64,000 nt of DNA from Trichoplax adhaerens (taxonomy: Eukaryota; Animalia; Placozoa), in assembly GCF_000150275.1 (NCBI RefSeq), contig NW_002060945.1:6749607-6813606 (forward strand), written 5' to 3'. Every line of letters starts with the position of its first letter. Position 1 is the stretch's first letter. The notes under the pieces were generated by a model, which did no database searches, was not told the DNA's origin, and saw only the letters and a list, made by a program, of their open reading frames with translations. The position numbers and the translations under genes are program-made. Of this stretch, positions 25,267 through 39,600 are shown one piece after another.

Positions 25267-28200
25267 ATGAAGAACGAGGATGACAACTCCTCGTCACTTG
25301 ATAGTTCAGACGAAGATGTTCCAAGAGGAGACGATGCTGAACGCGTTTGGTCTAGTGATATCGAGCAATCTTTTCAAGAAGCGCTAGCCATTTATCCACC
25401 GTGTGGCCGCCGCAAAATTATCCTTTCTGACGAGGGTAAAATGTACGGTAAGTCTTGGAAGAAGTAGTCAAATAGGTGTAGGAGAGGATCATTCCTCTCA
25501 CCTTAAGTCATCTTCAAATTTGACAATGGCGGATAGACGATTGCCATACTAAAACCTTATTCAACATGATCTGCAACCACTCATTGAAGTACAGTAGTAG
25601 TAACATACGTACGGAATATACAATCAGTGGTGATGTTGTGATTTTGCTGTCTTCGCACGTATGGTGACAAGTGTAGTCTATTCCACTACTAATGGAGAGT
25701 TGTCCTATACAGTCCACTACTGCCTTCATCTTCTCTCCCAAATCCATACGGCCATGCCTTGCCATGGCATTTCAACTAAAATTCAATTGAATTCTTCTTT
25801 TTCAACTCCAGGAGAACACTTTGACTCATTACAAGTCTAACATTGACTTTATCTTCAAAGAATCCCTGCGCAAGTCTCATTCTTTCTTGCCGCAATAGAT
25901 AAACTTGACAACAATTTCTTTCTTTTTACTTTTGCTAGAATGGGTTACAAACTGCGCTTGACTACCCCCATACTGTATCAATTCAATGCTATCCACTGGG
26001 GTTTTGCCTACTTCACACCAGATACAAGATCGGATTAATTGCTAGTGGATTATTGTCATGACTCACTTGTAAACGCTCTCCTTACTCTAGCCTATTTAAA
26101 ACCCCCCAAAACACATCGTCGATGCTAGGATGGCATGCACGGTTGCAATAAGTTTGTCGTCTCAAAGACTTCTTTTATAATTTCCGATCTTGCATGCAAA
26201 TGATTGAAAGTGGCAGCAGCACATGACGCGTATAAACTACAATGCAATAGACTAGCGATGCTGTACTTCACAACATCAATTCGAGAACAAAATCCACATT
26301 AAAAGTAGTCTTGATGCTTTCATATTTTGCAGTTGGAAAGTAGCAGCAAAGGGAAGGTGTAAAATTTGCATTCTCAGTTTTCCCTGGCGCCATTGAAGTG
26401 TAAAAAAAAAAACTGCCACATCGTCGTCTCCGATCCGCGTCAACCCGACCTTGTGTTGCATATCGCCAGCATTGTCTCATTTTTTTCCAACCTCGAGACT
26501 GATCGATCAAATTAAAATCAAAAATTAGACAGTAGCACTACTCATCTTGTTGGTTTAAAAAGTAAGAGCAAGTAATAGCGATCAATTGGCTAGGAGACGA
26601 ATGAAAATAGCCATTTTAGTTCATTTGACGCTATTTCAACAAGCAACAACAGTATGAGTGACGATTTTATCACGAGTGTCCTGTTGGTGTTTAATCTTTA
26701 CTTTGTAAATCACTGCCATGAATTAGGGAGAGAGATAGAATATTGACCAACCCCAAATTAAATACAAGGAAAATGGTAACGTGTTATTGTTTAACGATAG
26801 CCATTAATTTCAAGACAGTTTTTTCAAAAACTGTCACCTTAGAACCCAATATAGTAACACCATAAAAGCATTTACCTGCAAACTATAGTATCCGACTGAC
26901 ACATCGATGCTTTCATTTATGAAAAGAGCCTCTATGTATCACAGGCTATCAATTGAAAAAGAGTTGTAAATAGTTTTATTATGGTAGGGGGTTATACCAT
27001 GGTATAAGACAGTACAAGACTTATTCATAGTGTTATTCTATCTAATTGAATTTCAAATGCAGCTACGACTCCTTTTTTATACCCAGTACCAAAAAAAAAA
27101 AAAAAATTATTGAATCAAGCTATGATAAATAACTTGTGCAACGAGCGCTTCTCGACTATCCACGTTGACTTAGTAGACTTGAGTGATTCAATGAAAACCA
27201 AGCCGTATTGTTGTGTCTCCTGCCAACTTTTTAATTAGACATGGATACACTATCGAATAAAAAGGATATGGAAAAAGGCCTAAGATACATTCCAAAATGC
27301 ACTACTTGTTTAACAGTATTGCCGTTAATTAAGGCAATACATGTCGCTATTGCAACATGAAAAGCAAATCATTATAGTAAGCCAAACTTTTCAATGCATT
27401 TGTGGTTAATTAGAATTATTCTAATTCACATATAACATCAAATTTATTAATCAAGGACTTTACATGATTATCCATTTAGTTGGTATTTGTAGCAGTATTA
27501 ATTATTTATGATAACATTGGCTGAAATTTGAAGAGTGCTATGTATTTTGTAATTATTAATAAATGTACTGTACATTTGAAGGCATTGTAGATAATTAATT
27601 GAACGTATGTTTAGCTTGCAGCACAATTTTTCCAACATTTAATTCCCCAAATTTCTGTCTAATGTTTTATTCACATACGCCCAATTGGTGGCATAGTGTA
27701 TTTCCCCTACATTTGACGTTGAAAATCCTTTCTAATATTACTTGAATTCCTACGGTGGATAGCCTAAGGATACTTACTGCGTCATACTTTAAGCCGCAAT
27801 ATTGGTGATAAAATAATTTGGACTCTGTTGACGCTTCTCTACAGTCATACTGTAGATGAAAAGAAATATGGCAGTTATTAGTGTACGTCTAATGACTGCA
27901 AAATCACTTTTGCTATGCAATTTTCTGCTATTGTAATGCCTTATAGTTAACATCTCCAGGTTGATTTATTTAGGCGTTTGGTAACATTTTATGATTAATG
28001 AATAAGTTGTTGATGAGACCTCATTTTTAGAGCCAGAATATTATAGAATGTGGGATAACTTCTTTACTATAGCGCCGTGGTAATAATTTTAACTGCCCTA
28101 CTATTGCAGTACTGTATATTGATAGAATACATCTAACTGTTTGTCTAATGTTATTAGTACAATATCATTTCAAGAGAAACTTCTGATTTTATTCACAATC

Positions 28201-31200
28201 CTAATATCCATTGCACAGTAGCATTGACCGTGAAATCTTATTACAGTATCTCGCGGTAACAAGCTGTCAATGATACAGCGAATCGAATACGGTCAAATAC
28301 TGTAGTTGTTAAATGATTTGGCTGTCCTTTACGAAAAGATTCAATTTCGATCGTAGATTAATCTGGTATCTTCACAGTCAAATCTTTCGTTCATTCCGTA
28401 ATAAAAAGCTGTGCCATTATACTTAAAAATCGACAATCACCATACTGCAAGTTAGGCACAATTCCTTTCAAGACACCAACAAACCGTTATCGCTCAAAAA
28501 AGTTAGTAATCTCCGAAAATATGAATAGAATGTAGCATAAGTCAATTTTCCATTGGTAGCTGCAATGACTGCTTTAGCTTTAATACAGTACCTAATAACT
28601 TTACGGTATGATGCAGAAACGTTCAAATGCGTTATCCACAATTGTACAACACCATTAATACTGTACCTAAATGGGAAATCTTTTCCTCTTTTAAAATATC
28701 TTGGCCTTTGCTCAATCTGCCAAAATATGCCGCCGGCAAACAATTCAAAATCATACCACATATTGTGTTGACTCATTGATTGACCACGGTGATCTGTATT
28801 CCATACATAAATCAGATCTACATACAGTACAGCCACAGACGATATGCCTAATATTATTATCATCGAAATATCCAAAATATTAGTTTTTAAGACAACCGGT
28901 TGTTAAATCGAGTTATAGTATGTATTTTACTGCTATACGCATATCTATATGTACATAATGCAGTAATAGGTAATTGCTCCTATAGATCTTCATAACTAGA
29001 GTAATAAGTCGATTGAAGAGATTTTGCCTTCGGTTTCCTTTTAGACTACTATTCCATGAAATTACTATACTCTTTTCAAAATTATCTTAACATTATGTGC
29101 AATATCTAAGCTAGCAGATCGTCATATTTTATTTAATCTTTTATGAGGGTATATTGTAGTCATTTAAACTTTTCGGGAAAGTCGAGATTTTACTGATTGG
29201 TCAGTACAGTACTGGATATGATATCATCCGCTAATATTGGTCAGGCCGGGTGAGCGGGCGACAGTACAGTATATTACATACAATAAAATATTCGGAGAGC
29301 CTGGTTTCAATAGCAGTTTCGTTAAATTACCAGTATATGCGTAATGCTGTTATATTATCAGGCTATAACAGTAATGTAATAATTGTTACCGGCCAACGAT
29401 AGACTTTAGCCTTTGTAAAGAATTAATTTTTAATAATGTTGTAATACATGGATTACTAGAGTAGGAAAGATCCCTTCCAATAGTTCATCTCCTATCACAT
29501 CAGAAGAGGACTTTCGCTGACGTAATAAAATTCCACAATCATCCTATAGTTTTAGTTAATATCAAGTAGAAAGAAAATTCTTTGCCGCTGGCTACTTTCC
29601 GGATGTTTTTGAAAATATCAAAATGTTATTATAATACGGTCGTGTAGATGAGATTGCGTCCTTTCAATTTACGTTTTCATGGTAAATACATTAGCTTCGT
29701 CTGTTCCTTCAATTCGTCATCAATTCAATACGATAGTCTACGAATTAAAAACGTTGTCAAGCCGTAGATAACAAATAAAAGACACCGTTAACTATGCTTT
29801 ATTGTCATTTTCGGGGTTGTTATCCATTAATCATTGATATCCAACTGTAGTCTCTTAATTAAATAGAAGAGAAAATTATCTGATAATAATAGAATATAAC
29901 AGAAAGAAATAGGGAATACTCATCATAGTTTAATTCTAGGTTCCAGTAAGCTTCGCTTCATTAAACCGAAGAGAGCGATTGTTTAATGATGACAATTAAA
30001 GGTTTCAAATATCATGACTTGAGCTTAAGTCATAAAATTACTATACTTAATTGCGAAGACTAGTCGATGATTATAGAATAGATGTTGTTAAAAAGCATCG
30101 AATATCATCATAGAAGGTCTTAATTGTTCATGACTACAGTTTGATTAAATTTAGAACAACTATTTGATGATCATCATACAGCTAAATCCTCCTAAAAACA
30201 TCAAATGCTGCGAATTGAAATTAAAGAGAATAATCTCAAAAACGACGTCAAGCACCGTTGTTTAATCGTTTGTAGGTAGAATACTTACATTCATGTATGT
30301 ATTCAGATAGAGCTTGCTAGATGTAACTAACTTATTAGCCGGGACTTGCTAAAAGAAGTTTATAGCCTTAACTATTGATTATGCGGCACAAACCAATATC
30401 CCACTCTTTCAATACGCGTTCAATTAATTCTCAAAAAACGTACTAAGTGACGCACACTGACATCGCAGTCGTAACCATACGATAATTTACTTCTTATGTG
30501 TGCTTGGGCGATAGCTAAACAAGCTTTGATTTGACTTGAAATGTAGAATTAATGCTTATAAATATTTACGAGATTGGATAAGCTTAATATTTAGAATGAA
30601 TATACTTTTAAATTTAATATTGCATTTGATTTATCGACTGTATGTATATCTCAAGTTGGTAATTATACCTGCGATTTGGTATTTAAGTATAGAATTACAG
30701 TGTTACGTTCATTCAGTGGTGATATAAGGCAAAGTTAACTAGCCATCAGGCATGATTTGGCATTACAATCTTAAGCTTAGATAATTAATAGTTGACAACC
30801 TACGTTTTAGATGATAATTTTCCAAAACTATCAATTCGTATATTGAAAATTAATTTAATTAAACTGTTACTTTATTCAATTACACTCTAGTTTAAAGTTA
30901 GAGTGTAGCAATTACCCATTCACATCAGGTAGGAGGGGTAAAATTTTGCTATGAACTGCTATAGCACGGAAATTAACATTGCAATCTTAAGATTTGCGAA
31001 TTATCACTTTGAAATTGTACGCTTTACAAATATGAGTTGGTATAATTTGCGATCGATTTCTAGTTACGAACCATCATTTGACTGTAAAAATGTTGACAGT
31101 ATTTGTATTTTAAAAGATCAATGCAAGATAGTTATAGATAAGGGGGTTACTTATTTTACAAATTATGAAGTTAACTGGAAATGGTGTTGTATAACTTGCC

Positions 31201-34200
31201 ATAGATAATTCTAGTTTTGTCCAATAATACAGTTGCTGCAGTACCATAGATATGCANNNNNNNNNNNNNNNNNNNNNNNNNNNNNNNNNNNNNNNNNNNN
31301 NNNNNNTTTATTCGTCCACCAATTTTAGTTATTATAATTACAAGATTAGTCATATCACTTCCCAGTCAGTGCTGACAATGATTCTTTAGCGCATAGCTAT
31401 ATAAACAATCACTTAATAATTATACTGTATAGTAGATGATTACCCTGCTGGTACTGTACTGTAGCAAGATATATTTTAAATTCTACAGTATAAGGGTTTT
31501 CATTGGGCTTTTCAACGTACTCTATGATTCGTGCAAATTGTTTACTTAAACTCCTTTCAAGGGCTGCCATGGTACATAATGCGAACTATACCACTATAGA
31601 CTATCGTACTGAATTGTTGTTTATTTTTGCCAATTGCATGTGGCTACACAATAGTATCTGTTATTGGTCATGTAAACGCGTATAGAAGATAATGTTATCC
31701 CACTAGGAACTCTATAGCAGACTGAATAATATAATCAACAATTACTCTCCAGTGCAGTATGTTATGTACGTAGCGTTGCATTTTTTCTAATACATGTTGC
31801 GACTTGTTTGCACATGTTAAAACTCCAATTTACTGTGCATGCATATCTTTATGTTTTCATCATAACTTCGAGAATTAAAATTGACCTTGTTTACGATGTA
31901 CTATATAGCGTACACTTTAATTGTCCTCCGTTTTGCGTGTTTTGTAATATACTAGATTTTACGAAGTATGAGACGCTATCGCACGATATTGATAACTACT
32001 TACGATCCAAATAGCATGATCGAAAACCTTTATATGATGAATTGCTTTTTCTAGGTCGGAATGAATTGATTGCTCGTTATATCAAGTTGAGAACAGGCAA
32101 ACATAGGTCCAGAAAACAGGTACTTTACAAACGATAGTCAAGAATTATAACTTTAATATTGTTATGTATCGTATGATTTGAATTTAGATCTACCTTGCAT
32201 CAATGCTTTTAGTTTACTCTGTAAAAATTAAATCTTATGTGTATATACAAAAGGATTTAGTAAAGTTGCATTGTTTGTTGTGCGTTCAATTTAGTATTAA
32301 AATGTTAACATCTCAGTTTAAGTAATATATGGATCTGTATATAAATCAACCCTTATTAAAGCAACATTGGATACTATTGCACGATCATCGTCAGCATCGT
32401 GTACTATTTTTTATTGCCGTGAAAAATGAGTTGATGCACGTAGGCCTTAGTAAAATGATTTTAACGCTTGCGTTACTGTAATCATACTTATTCATACATT
32501 TTTTATACCCACAAATATCTCCTACGATTAGAACTTCTTACTCTTTTAGACCGTAATTTATTTTACAGCTTAAATTACTCACTATTTCAAAGTCTTATAC
32601 AGTACTGTATAGTATTACCATACCTTTTGTAAATTATCGCTCTTAAGTCACTTTAAAAATTTCATACTTACGTTCTCACTATAACTAAAGATGCAATGTT
32701 TACAGAGATGGACAAGATCTTACAGTGCTATTCCGAAAATATTGTAACTAAAAGTTTTTTCTATCTATTTTAACAGGTGTCTAGTCACATACAGGTCTTA
32801 GCAAGAAAAAAGGCTAGAGAAATAAAAAATAATTTAAAAACGACGGATGTATGCACTAATAATAAACGAAATATTTTTTTTTCTAGACGTAGAGAGTTTT
32901 TAAATCTTTACTATTACTAATTATAATTGATACTATCTAGAATCCATCAAATCGAGAAATTGCTTTGCAAGCTATTGCGACTATGTCGTCAGCACAGATT
33001 GTGTCGGCATCAGCTTTGTTTAGTAATTTAGTGTCAACTAAGCCAACGTTATCAACGTCAGGCGCAAAGGCTACAGCACAGCCAGTTAATGCATCTGGCC
33101 AACAGCCCATGGAAATTGCTGCACCATCTTCTGAACTTTATCCTAATCAAGTTTCGATGCGTATCTTTTACTAGCTAAAACGAAATGTAGACATACGATT
33201 ATGTATTATTGTAGTTAAACTAATAACAACGATATATTTATTACGAGATTACTACCTTTACAAAACGGTAGCTACTACATCAAGTACTGGATATGAATTG
33301 GGAAATAACGGCAACGCTAATAATCTAAAAGTAAGTCTAGGAATTGTAGACCATTATCATATATGGATATAAAAAGACATATATTACTTAATTAGATGTG
33401 GCCTTCTAGAAATTCAAATGACGCTACGAATTTGCGGTATGTATATAATATGTCCTGACTTATAAAGATATATTCATCAATGAGAGAAAAATAACTATCG
33501 GGACATAATTGCTGCCATCATTGTTTAATCAAGTATTTCGTTTGTTTGTAATCTGGTAACAGAAATAACCAGAAATTAATGAATATGGAGCCAGTTTGTT
33601 CATCTTCGATCAACCGGAAAACCCTTCCAGATTCTAAGGTACTTTAGAAACTGACTTCGTTTACCATTTAATATTAAAAAATAATCCAGCTTTATCCATG
33701 TGCGGTTCAGGAAGCGGTCAGATCAGCCATTAACAACGGTGGAGAATCCAACAAGTCTGGAGCAATCACCGGCCATGTACGTAACAGTGTTAGCTATCGT
33801 CTTTACAGCTGTACTTTATAATGATACCATTTAATTAAATTGCTTACAACAGAATATAAAGCTGCAAGAATTTTCTGCCTTTCTTACATCGAAAATCGAA
33901 TCGGAAGTTAGTTGGATATCTCAATTACTACAAGTAATTTCTCTTAATATCAGGATTTACAGTACTCAAAGTAATTGCATTTGATTACAGCCTCGCAAAC
34001 ATCATTTTGTACGTATTGGTCAATCAAACGACTTAAAAAATATAGAGGTAAGTCCCAGTATATCAATGTAGTAAGTAATAAGCCCCTTTACATATTATAG
34101 TTTTTGTTATTAACTTATATTATTTTATATACGCACCCTAAGATTTTCTTTAACATACTAGTCAATAGACATCCAACAAATTCTCGATAAATTTCCTGAT

Positions 34201-34935
34201 GGTCAAAACGGATTAAAAGATCTATATTCTAAAGGACCTCCAGATGCGTTCTACCTGGTTAAATTTTGGGTACATTCATTCTCAGTTATCGTGAATCAAT
34301 TTTGCAAACTTTAAAATAGTTTAAGTCAATATAAAATCAATTATTTGATTAGGGCGATATGAATATAACGATTCCAGAAGAAGGGGCATTTTATGGTGTT
34401 TCCTCTTGTTATGAAAGTGAAAAGCAGATGAAGATTCTAATATCATCGAAAGTTTGCTCATTTGGTAAACAAGTAGTTGAAAAAGTTGAGGTATAGCAAA
34501 CGTAATTAGTGAATTTTTCCACAATTTTTTTAAAATTGTCTTCTTTATTTTAAGATTTTCTGATACGGATATTCAATTTATGTAATTGTATTCTTAGGGT
34601 GAACATGGATCATATGAAAATGGAAAATATGTATATCAGGCTACAGATTCCCCTTGGTGCGATTATTTGATAACGTTCATAGGAAAATTACGTAGCCTTC
34701 CTGAAAAGTATATGATGAATAGTGTCCTTGAAAATTTTACTGTATTACAGGTAAAATTTCTGCAACACAGATATTTTCTTGTGCAATTTCTCTGTATAAT
34801 GTTAAAAATCATTTATTCTAGGTTGTAATTAACCAAGAAACGAAAGAGACTTTATTATGCATCGCGTACATTTTTGAAGTATCAAGCGGTGATCATGGTA
34901 CTCAACATCGTGTTTACCGGCTTGTCATGGGATAA
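25267..34935 (+). CDS. TEAD: TEAD/scalloped transcription factor (14 coding exons)
   Basis: TEA domain [35 protein letters not shown]|[21 protein letters not shown]|[11 protein letters not shown]-binding domain [25 protein letters not shown] and [15 protein letters not shown], ending VYRLVMG*. Confidence 0.97.
31257..31306. other. Assembly gap (50 N); others at 7523-7572 and 18237-18286
   Basis: All three N runs have identical length, so they are probably placeholders of unknown true size. Confidence 0.95.
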
Positions 34936-36676
34936 TGGAGTAAACGCAACCTTTTCGTTTCTCCTACTAACCCGTAACAATATCGGCTTATGAACTCATT
35001 TACAGTATATATTACTGTGATTTTACTTCTTTGTTTATTGTGCATTTTTGTCAAAAAATAATGCCCCGAATACGAGTAAAAAATATTAATTTCTTAACAT
35101 GCATCTCACTAATACGATTACTGGAACCAACTGGCCAACTTGTTAAGCCGTAAAGTATGCAGTGATTAATATCGACATGTTTCGGTTTATGAACTGCCAT
35201 GGAAATCACGCCAGTTAAATTAGAGTAATACACGCTTTACTGTAATGACATATTGTGAATTTTTTATACAGTGCAGTGCGGTAAATATTGATAAGCCTTA
35301 TCGTAGAAAGAATATGATTTTGTTTTGATTTGTTGTTGTACTACAATACGTATATAGTACTCTGTATGAAAAAAAAATTAGCTGCATTTGTGCAATAACA
35401 CCAGCACATCGTTAGAACTTCGAGATTTCAAAATTACTAAATTAAGGGTTCAAAGTAACTCATCTACATCGTTCAACATTTTTTTGTCCATTCTGACTTA
35501 TTTCCGGCTTTGTTCCATAAATAAATTTGCTATCTTTTCAGGACCTTCCATTGCTGAGTGCTGATTGACGCACAAGCAGCAAAGTGTATTGTAACGTTAT
35601 CATACAACCTGGTAAAATATATAAATACGTAACCACCAAATGTCGATTGTACCAGAATTTAACGAGTAATGAATAAAATAAAAAGAAAATACTTCGCGTC
35701 TTATCTCATAGCTTTATGTTTGGTGAAAGAGGTACAGGACTGACTTATACAAATTATTTCCATGAAGATATATGAGTATATCTTATTTTAAGTCACCGTA
35801 CAGAGTACAGTCAAGTTCGATAATCAGTGATTGAAATCTTACTGTAGATTTAGTAGACCATACATTTACAATGACAATTTGAAATTATATCTTTTTACAG
35901 GACCAATTTAATAACAATCATCATCTTCAGTAGTTTTCATTAATAATATATTCAATTTTGCTAAAGATTACATACATTTTCTCAATGGGATATCTATGAC
36001 CTAAATAGTACAGTAATTTACATAATTTAGAAGCATAGCTTTTGTCATCATCACATGTATATATATACCTTTATATTAAAACCACTTCAAAATTCATCAT
36101 TGTAGAGAAATAAATACAGTACAAAGATGTTACATAGAATATTGTATAAGCAGTTAAAAGTTACATTATATACGTATGCGTATTGCATCCAATCGACAGC
36201 ATATTATCACATACTGGTACAGTATCTTACGTGTATATCTTTACCATTGATGAGATTATATAAATTTCTACTTTTTATTAAGCTGAAATAATGTAAGGGT
36301 TATTATTTCGCATAAGGTTTAGCGCCAATTATTTGTAAACCTACTGGAAATTTAACAAATCTCTACTGATTAAACAGCACCATGTATAACTTTTGGTATG
36401 AAAAAGTAAAATATCAACATTTAAAAGATCTCAATTGCATTATTAAATCATTAAAGTTAGATATATCAATCTATCACGTTTCAATCAAATTTTATATTAT
36501 AAATCAAATAGTACGGTTAACCTTCATAATGTAGATGATATACTCGTCGATTAATGTATGGCTTTGATGCAAAATAGTCACAGATAATCATACAGTAGTA
36601 CATTCTTCAAAAAAATCTGATATAAATACATGTTGCATAACTCGTAAGCATCTCAAGATATTGTATGTTAAACAAA

Positions 36677-39600
36677 TTATCTAGGTACAGGTAATGATTC
36701 TAAAGTTCCGGTAGCCCATTACCACTTTCATTATCAGAATGCTCTAAAGTTTCATAATGTAAAACTAGCTGTCCTCCACCCTTCCAAAAGAAATGCTTTA
36801 CAGTTCTTAAATCTAGCACCGGATCAATTACCTATAATTAACGCATGAAAACAGCATCAACAAATTAGTGAAGTTATTTTAGGGCACATTCATATAGTTG
36901 TACTGCAGTAAGAATATCTAACCTGATCTTGGCATAAAATTCGCAGTCTATTTGCATTTGTGGGAATACCACTAGGTTCGGCACTCTTGGAATGATTCTT
37001 ATTGTTATCATTTCCTTGGTTCTCTGCTTGGCTTGACTTCTCATTGCTAATAACATGTTCGATAATTTTTTGAATGCTAACATTATCGCTTGCGGTAAAT
37101 TGATGTCTAGATTAATGCAAAAAATAACAATAAATTATAAATGACACCGTATATTAAATTCTATTTAAAGCTATTACTAATCAAAGCAGTTTTAAATAAT
37201 TTTAAATAACATAAAAAAAGAGTATTCTTCAATTAACGAATACCATAATATCTTTTAGTGTTACCTTTTGGCAGATTTAGCTGTGCTTATATAAGGTATT
37301 AGGTTAAATGTCATCTTGACTAATTCTGGAATTTTATCCTAGGTATTAAATTTGATATTGTAAGCGTACAAAAAATTAAAATCGAACGATATTGCTGTAA
37401 AGTTTCAATATACCGCAAAAACTGCATTACTAATCCAACGCGGTAAGGCCTTAACATTTTGAGATTCTTCCTGTTCATACGCTGCATCTCCGCAGCTCAT
37501 CCTTATAGTCACTCGGAAAGTTTCTCCTTGCTCCGAGATAATTAATGGAGTATGCTTAGGTGCACAGAAATGCTCTTGAATGTCTTTGGTTATCTATTTC
37601 CAAACAAAGTTATAAAAATGTAAGAGTTGACTAAAGATTATCAATAAGTAAAACTGTACAATAAAACGAGTAGCAGCGTATCTAAATTTACCTGTGCTCT
37701 AGAATTTTGAGAATTGGCATCTGAAGAATAATAAAAAAATCATTAATATTATCATTCACAAATATAATACGATAACCATTGAGATTATATTATCCGCACC
37801 TGCTTAACAGTTTACGATGTTAGATACTATGGTATAACTACATGCTCTTTATAATCAGCACTTATCATAAATATACTACATGTCCTCTATAATCAGCAAC
37901 ACATTATAAAATTATGGCAAATAATCACATTTATGTAACGACTAATGTAGTGAATCAATTCTATCATAGTGATTCAAAATTAAATAGCAAACATTGAAAA
38001 ATTTTTTACCGCTGTCATTCAATGTAATATTATCTTGCAGGTGATATTTTTCAGGGAAATAATTCATTAAAGCCTTTAATGTTACACAGCCTAAATTAAC
38101 TGTACGAGAAGCAATGATAGAAAAATGTAAAGCGCCTTTAATATATGCTGTTCAACAACAAACATATCTAAAAATGATAACTCATAGGGGTATATCTATG
38201 AAATTTATTTACCTTTACAATCGCTAAAATTATCTGAATTTCCTGGTAATAAATCTTTAGCTGATATCCAAGCAGAAAAGCAATCTGACTCCTCTAGTGA
38301 TATATTCAGCATCTAGAAGAACGGCAAATAGTGATATTGCGTGAATTATTAGAAATGAATACATTATAATTATCATGATAAAAGTTTCACAATACAATAC
38401 ATACACCAGTTTTTACATCAACAGTAAACCAATTAGGTACATAGACTAGCTGTTTACGCTTTTCAATCTCCTTTTCATAATCTATTTCTCCAAGTTCTTC
38501 AACTTTACGAGCCTTTTACAAACATAAGTCATAACTCAGTAATGCAAAATAAATTAGCCAACGCTAACTATCATGAGAGTACCAATTTACCTTCAATACA
38601 TCATATAATGCAACTGAATCATCAGTATCCTTAGTCAGTATATGTCGACGATCGTTCATTACATGATATTTAAATATACCTGAGCTACCTGCATAAACAA
38701 AACTCAGCGAGTGAATAAGATCAAACACAATATTCATTTTTCAATTATTTGGCGATACAATCTTTATCTTTGACCAACCTTTAATAGTACAATCAGAAGT
38801 CGTTTCTAGGGGTCTTGACGATGCTGACGTCCCATTTTCTGTAATTCTTGACCCCGTAGCATCCTTATCATTAATTGGCTATATAAGAAATAATATGTTG
38901 GGTAAACGATTAGAACTCAAATGTAATTAATAATATGCTGCATATTTAATATTATATTGAGAAATTACCCATCTATGAACATCGGAACTTGTAGTTGCAA
39001 CCCATAATGATTTTGGTTCATCTTGAATTATCATCTGTAAAGTTAAAATTAATTAATAATACTTATACATTATAGGACAATTTGTCTATCAATTGTATCA
39101 ATAAATTCATAACTACCTTTAAAACAGGATGCTTTTCGGTACAAAATAGTGCTCCTTGAGATTGCCTCATATCCGTGTAAAATACTTTACAATCGTTGCC
39201 ACCGGAATAAAAGCTGGTGAAATTTTCATCAACGCAAAGAGCCCAAACACCGGCTTCATGATTTTTAAATGTTGTAATACACCTTTGTTGACCTAACGAC
39301 CATAACTTAACGGAACCATCAGAACTACCAGAAAGACACTATCATATTGGAAAGAACAATATTAATTATGTACCATTGTATACATTAACCTAGTGCGGCA
39401 GACTACCTTTGTCCCATCGGCGCTTAACATTACAGTCTTTACATTATCGGTATGACCAATTAGCTTCATCATTCTACCATTTTTACGAGGATCTCTAATA
39501 TCCCATACCCTTAATGCCTGAATTTGTAAATAAATATATTGTTAACATTATCAATCGCCTAATGCCTAGTTTACTGACATAATTTTCAAAGTTATCATTA

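Noticed and set aside
25490-28397. TEAD-binding MCAT motifs (CATTCC at ~25490, 27288, 28392) suggesting autoregulation
   Set aside because: About 2 copies are expected by chance in 6.6 kb at this composition, so they are not enriched.
28468-28883. 135-aa antisense ORF and overlapping small ORFs in TEAD intron 1
   Set aside because: No recognisable motif or supporting exon chain; consistent with chance.
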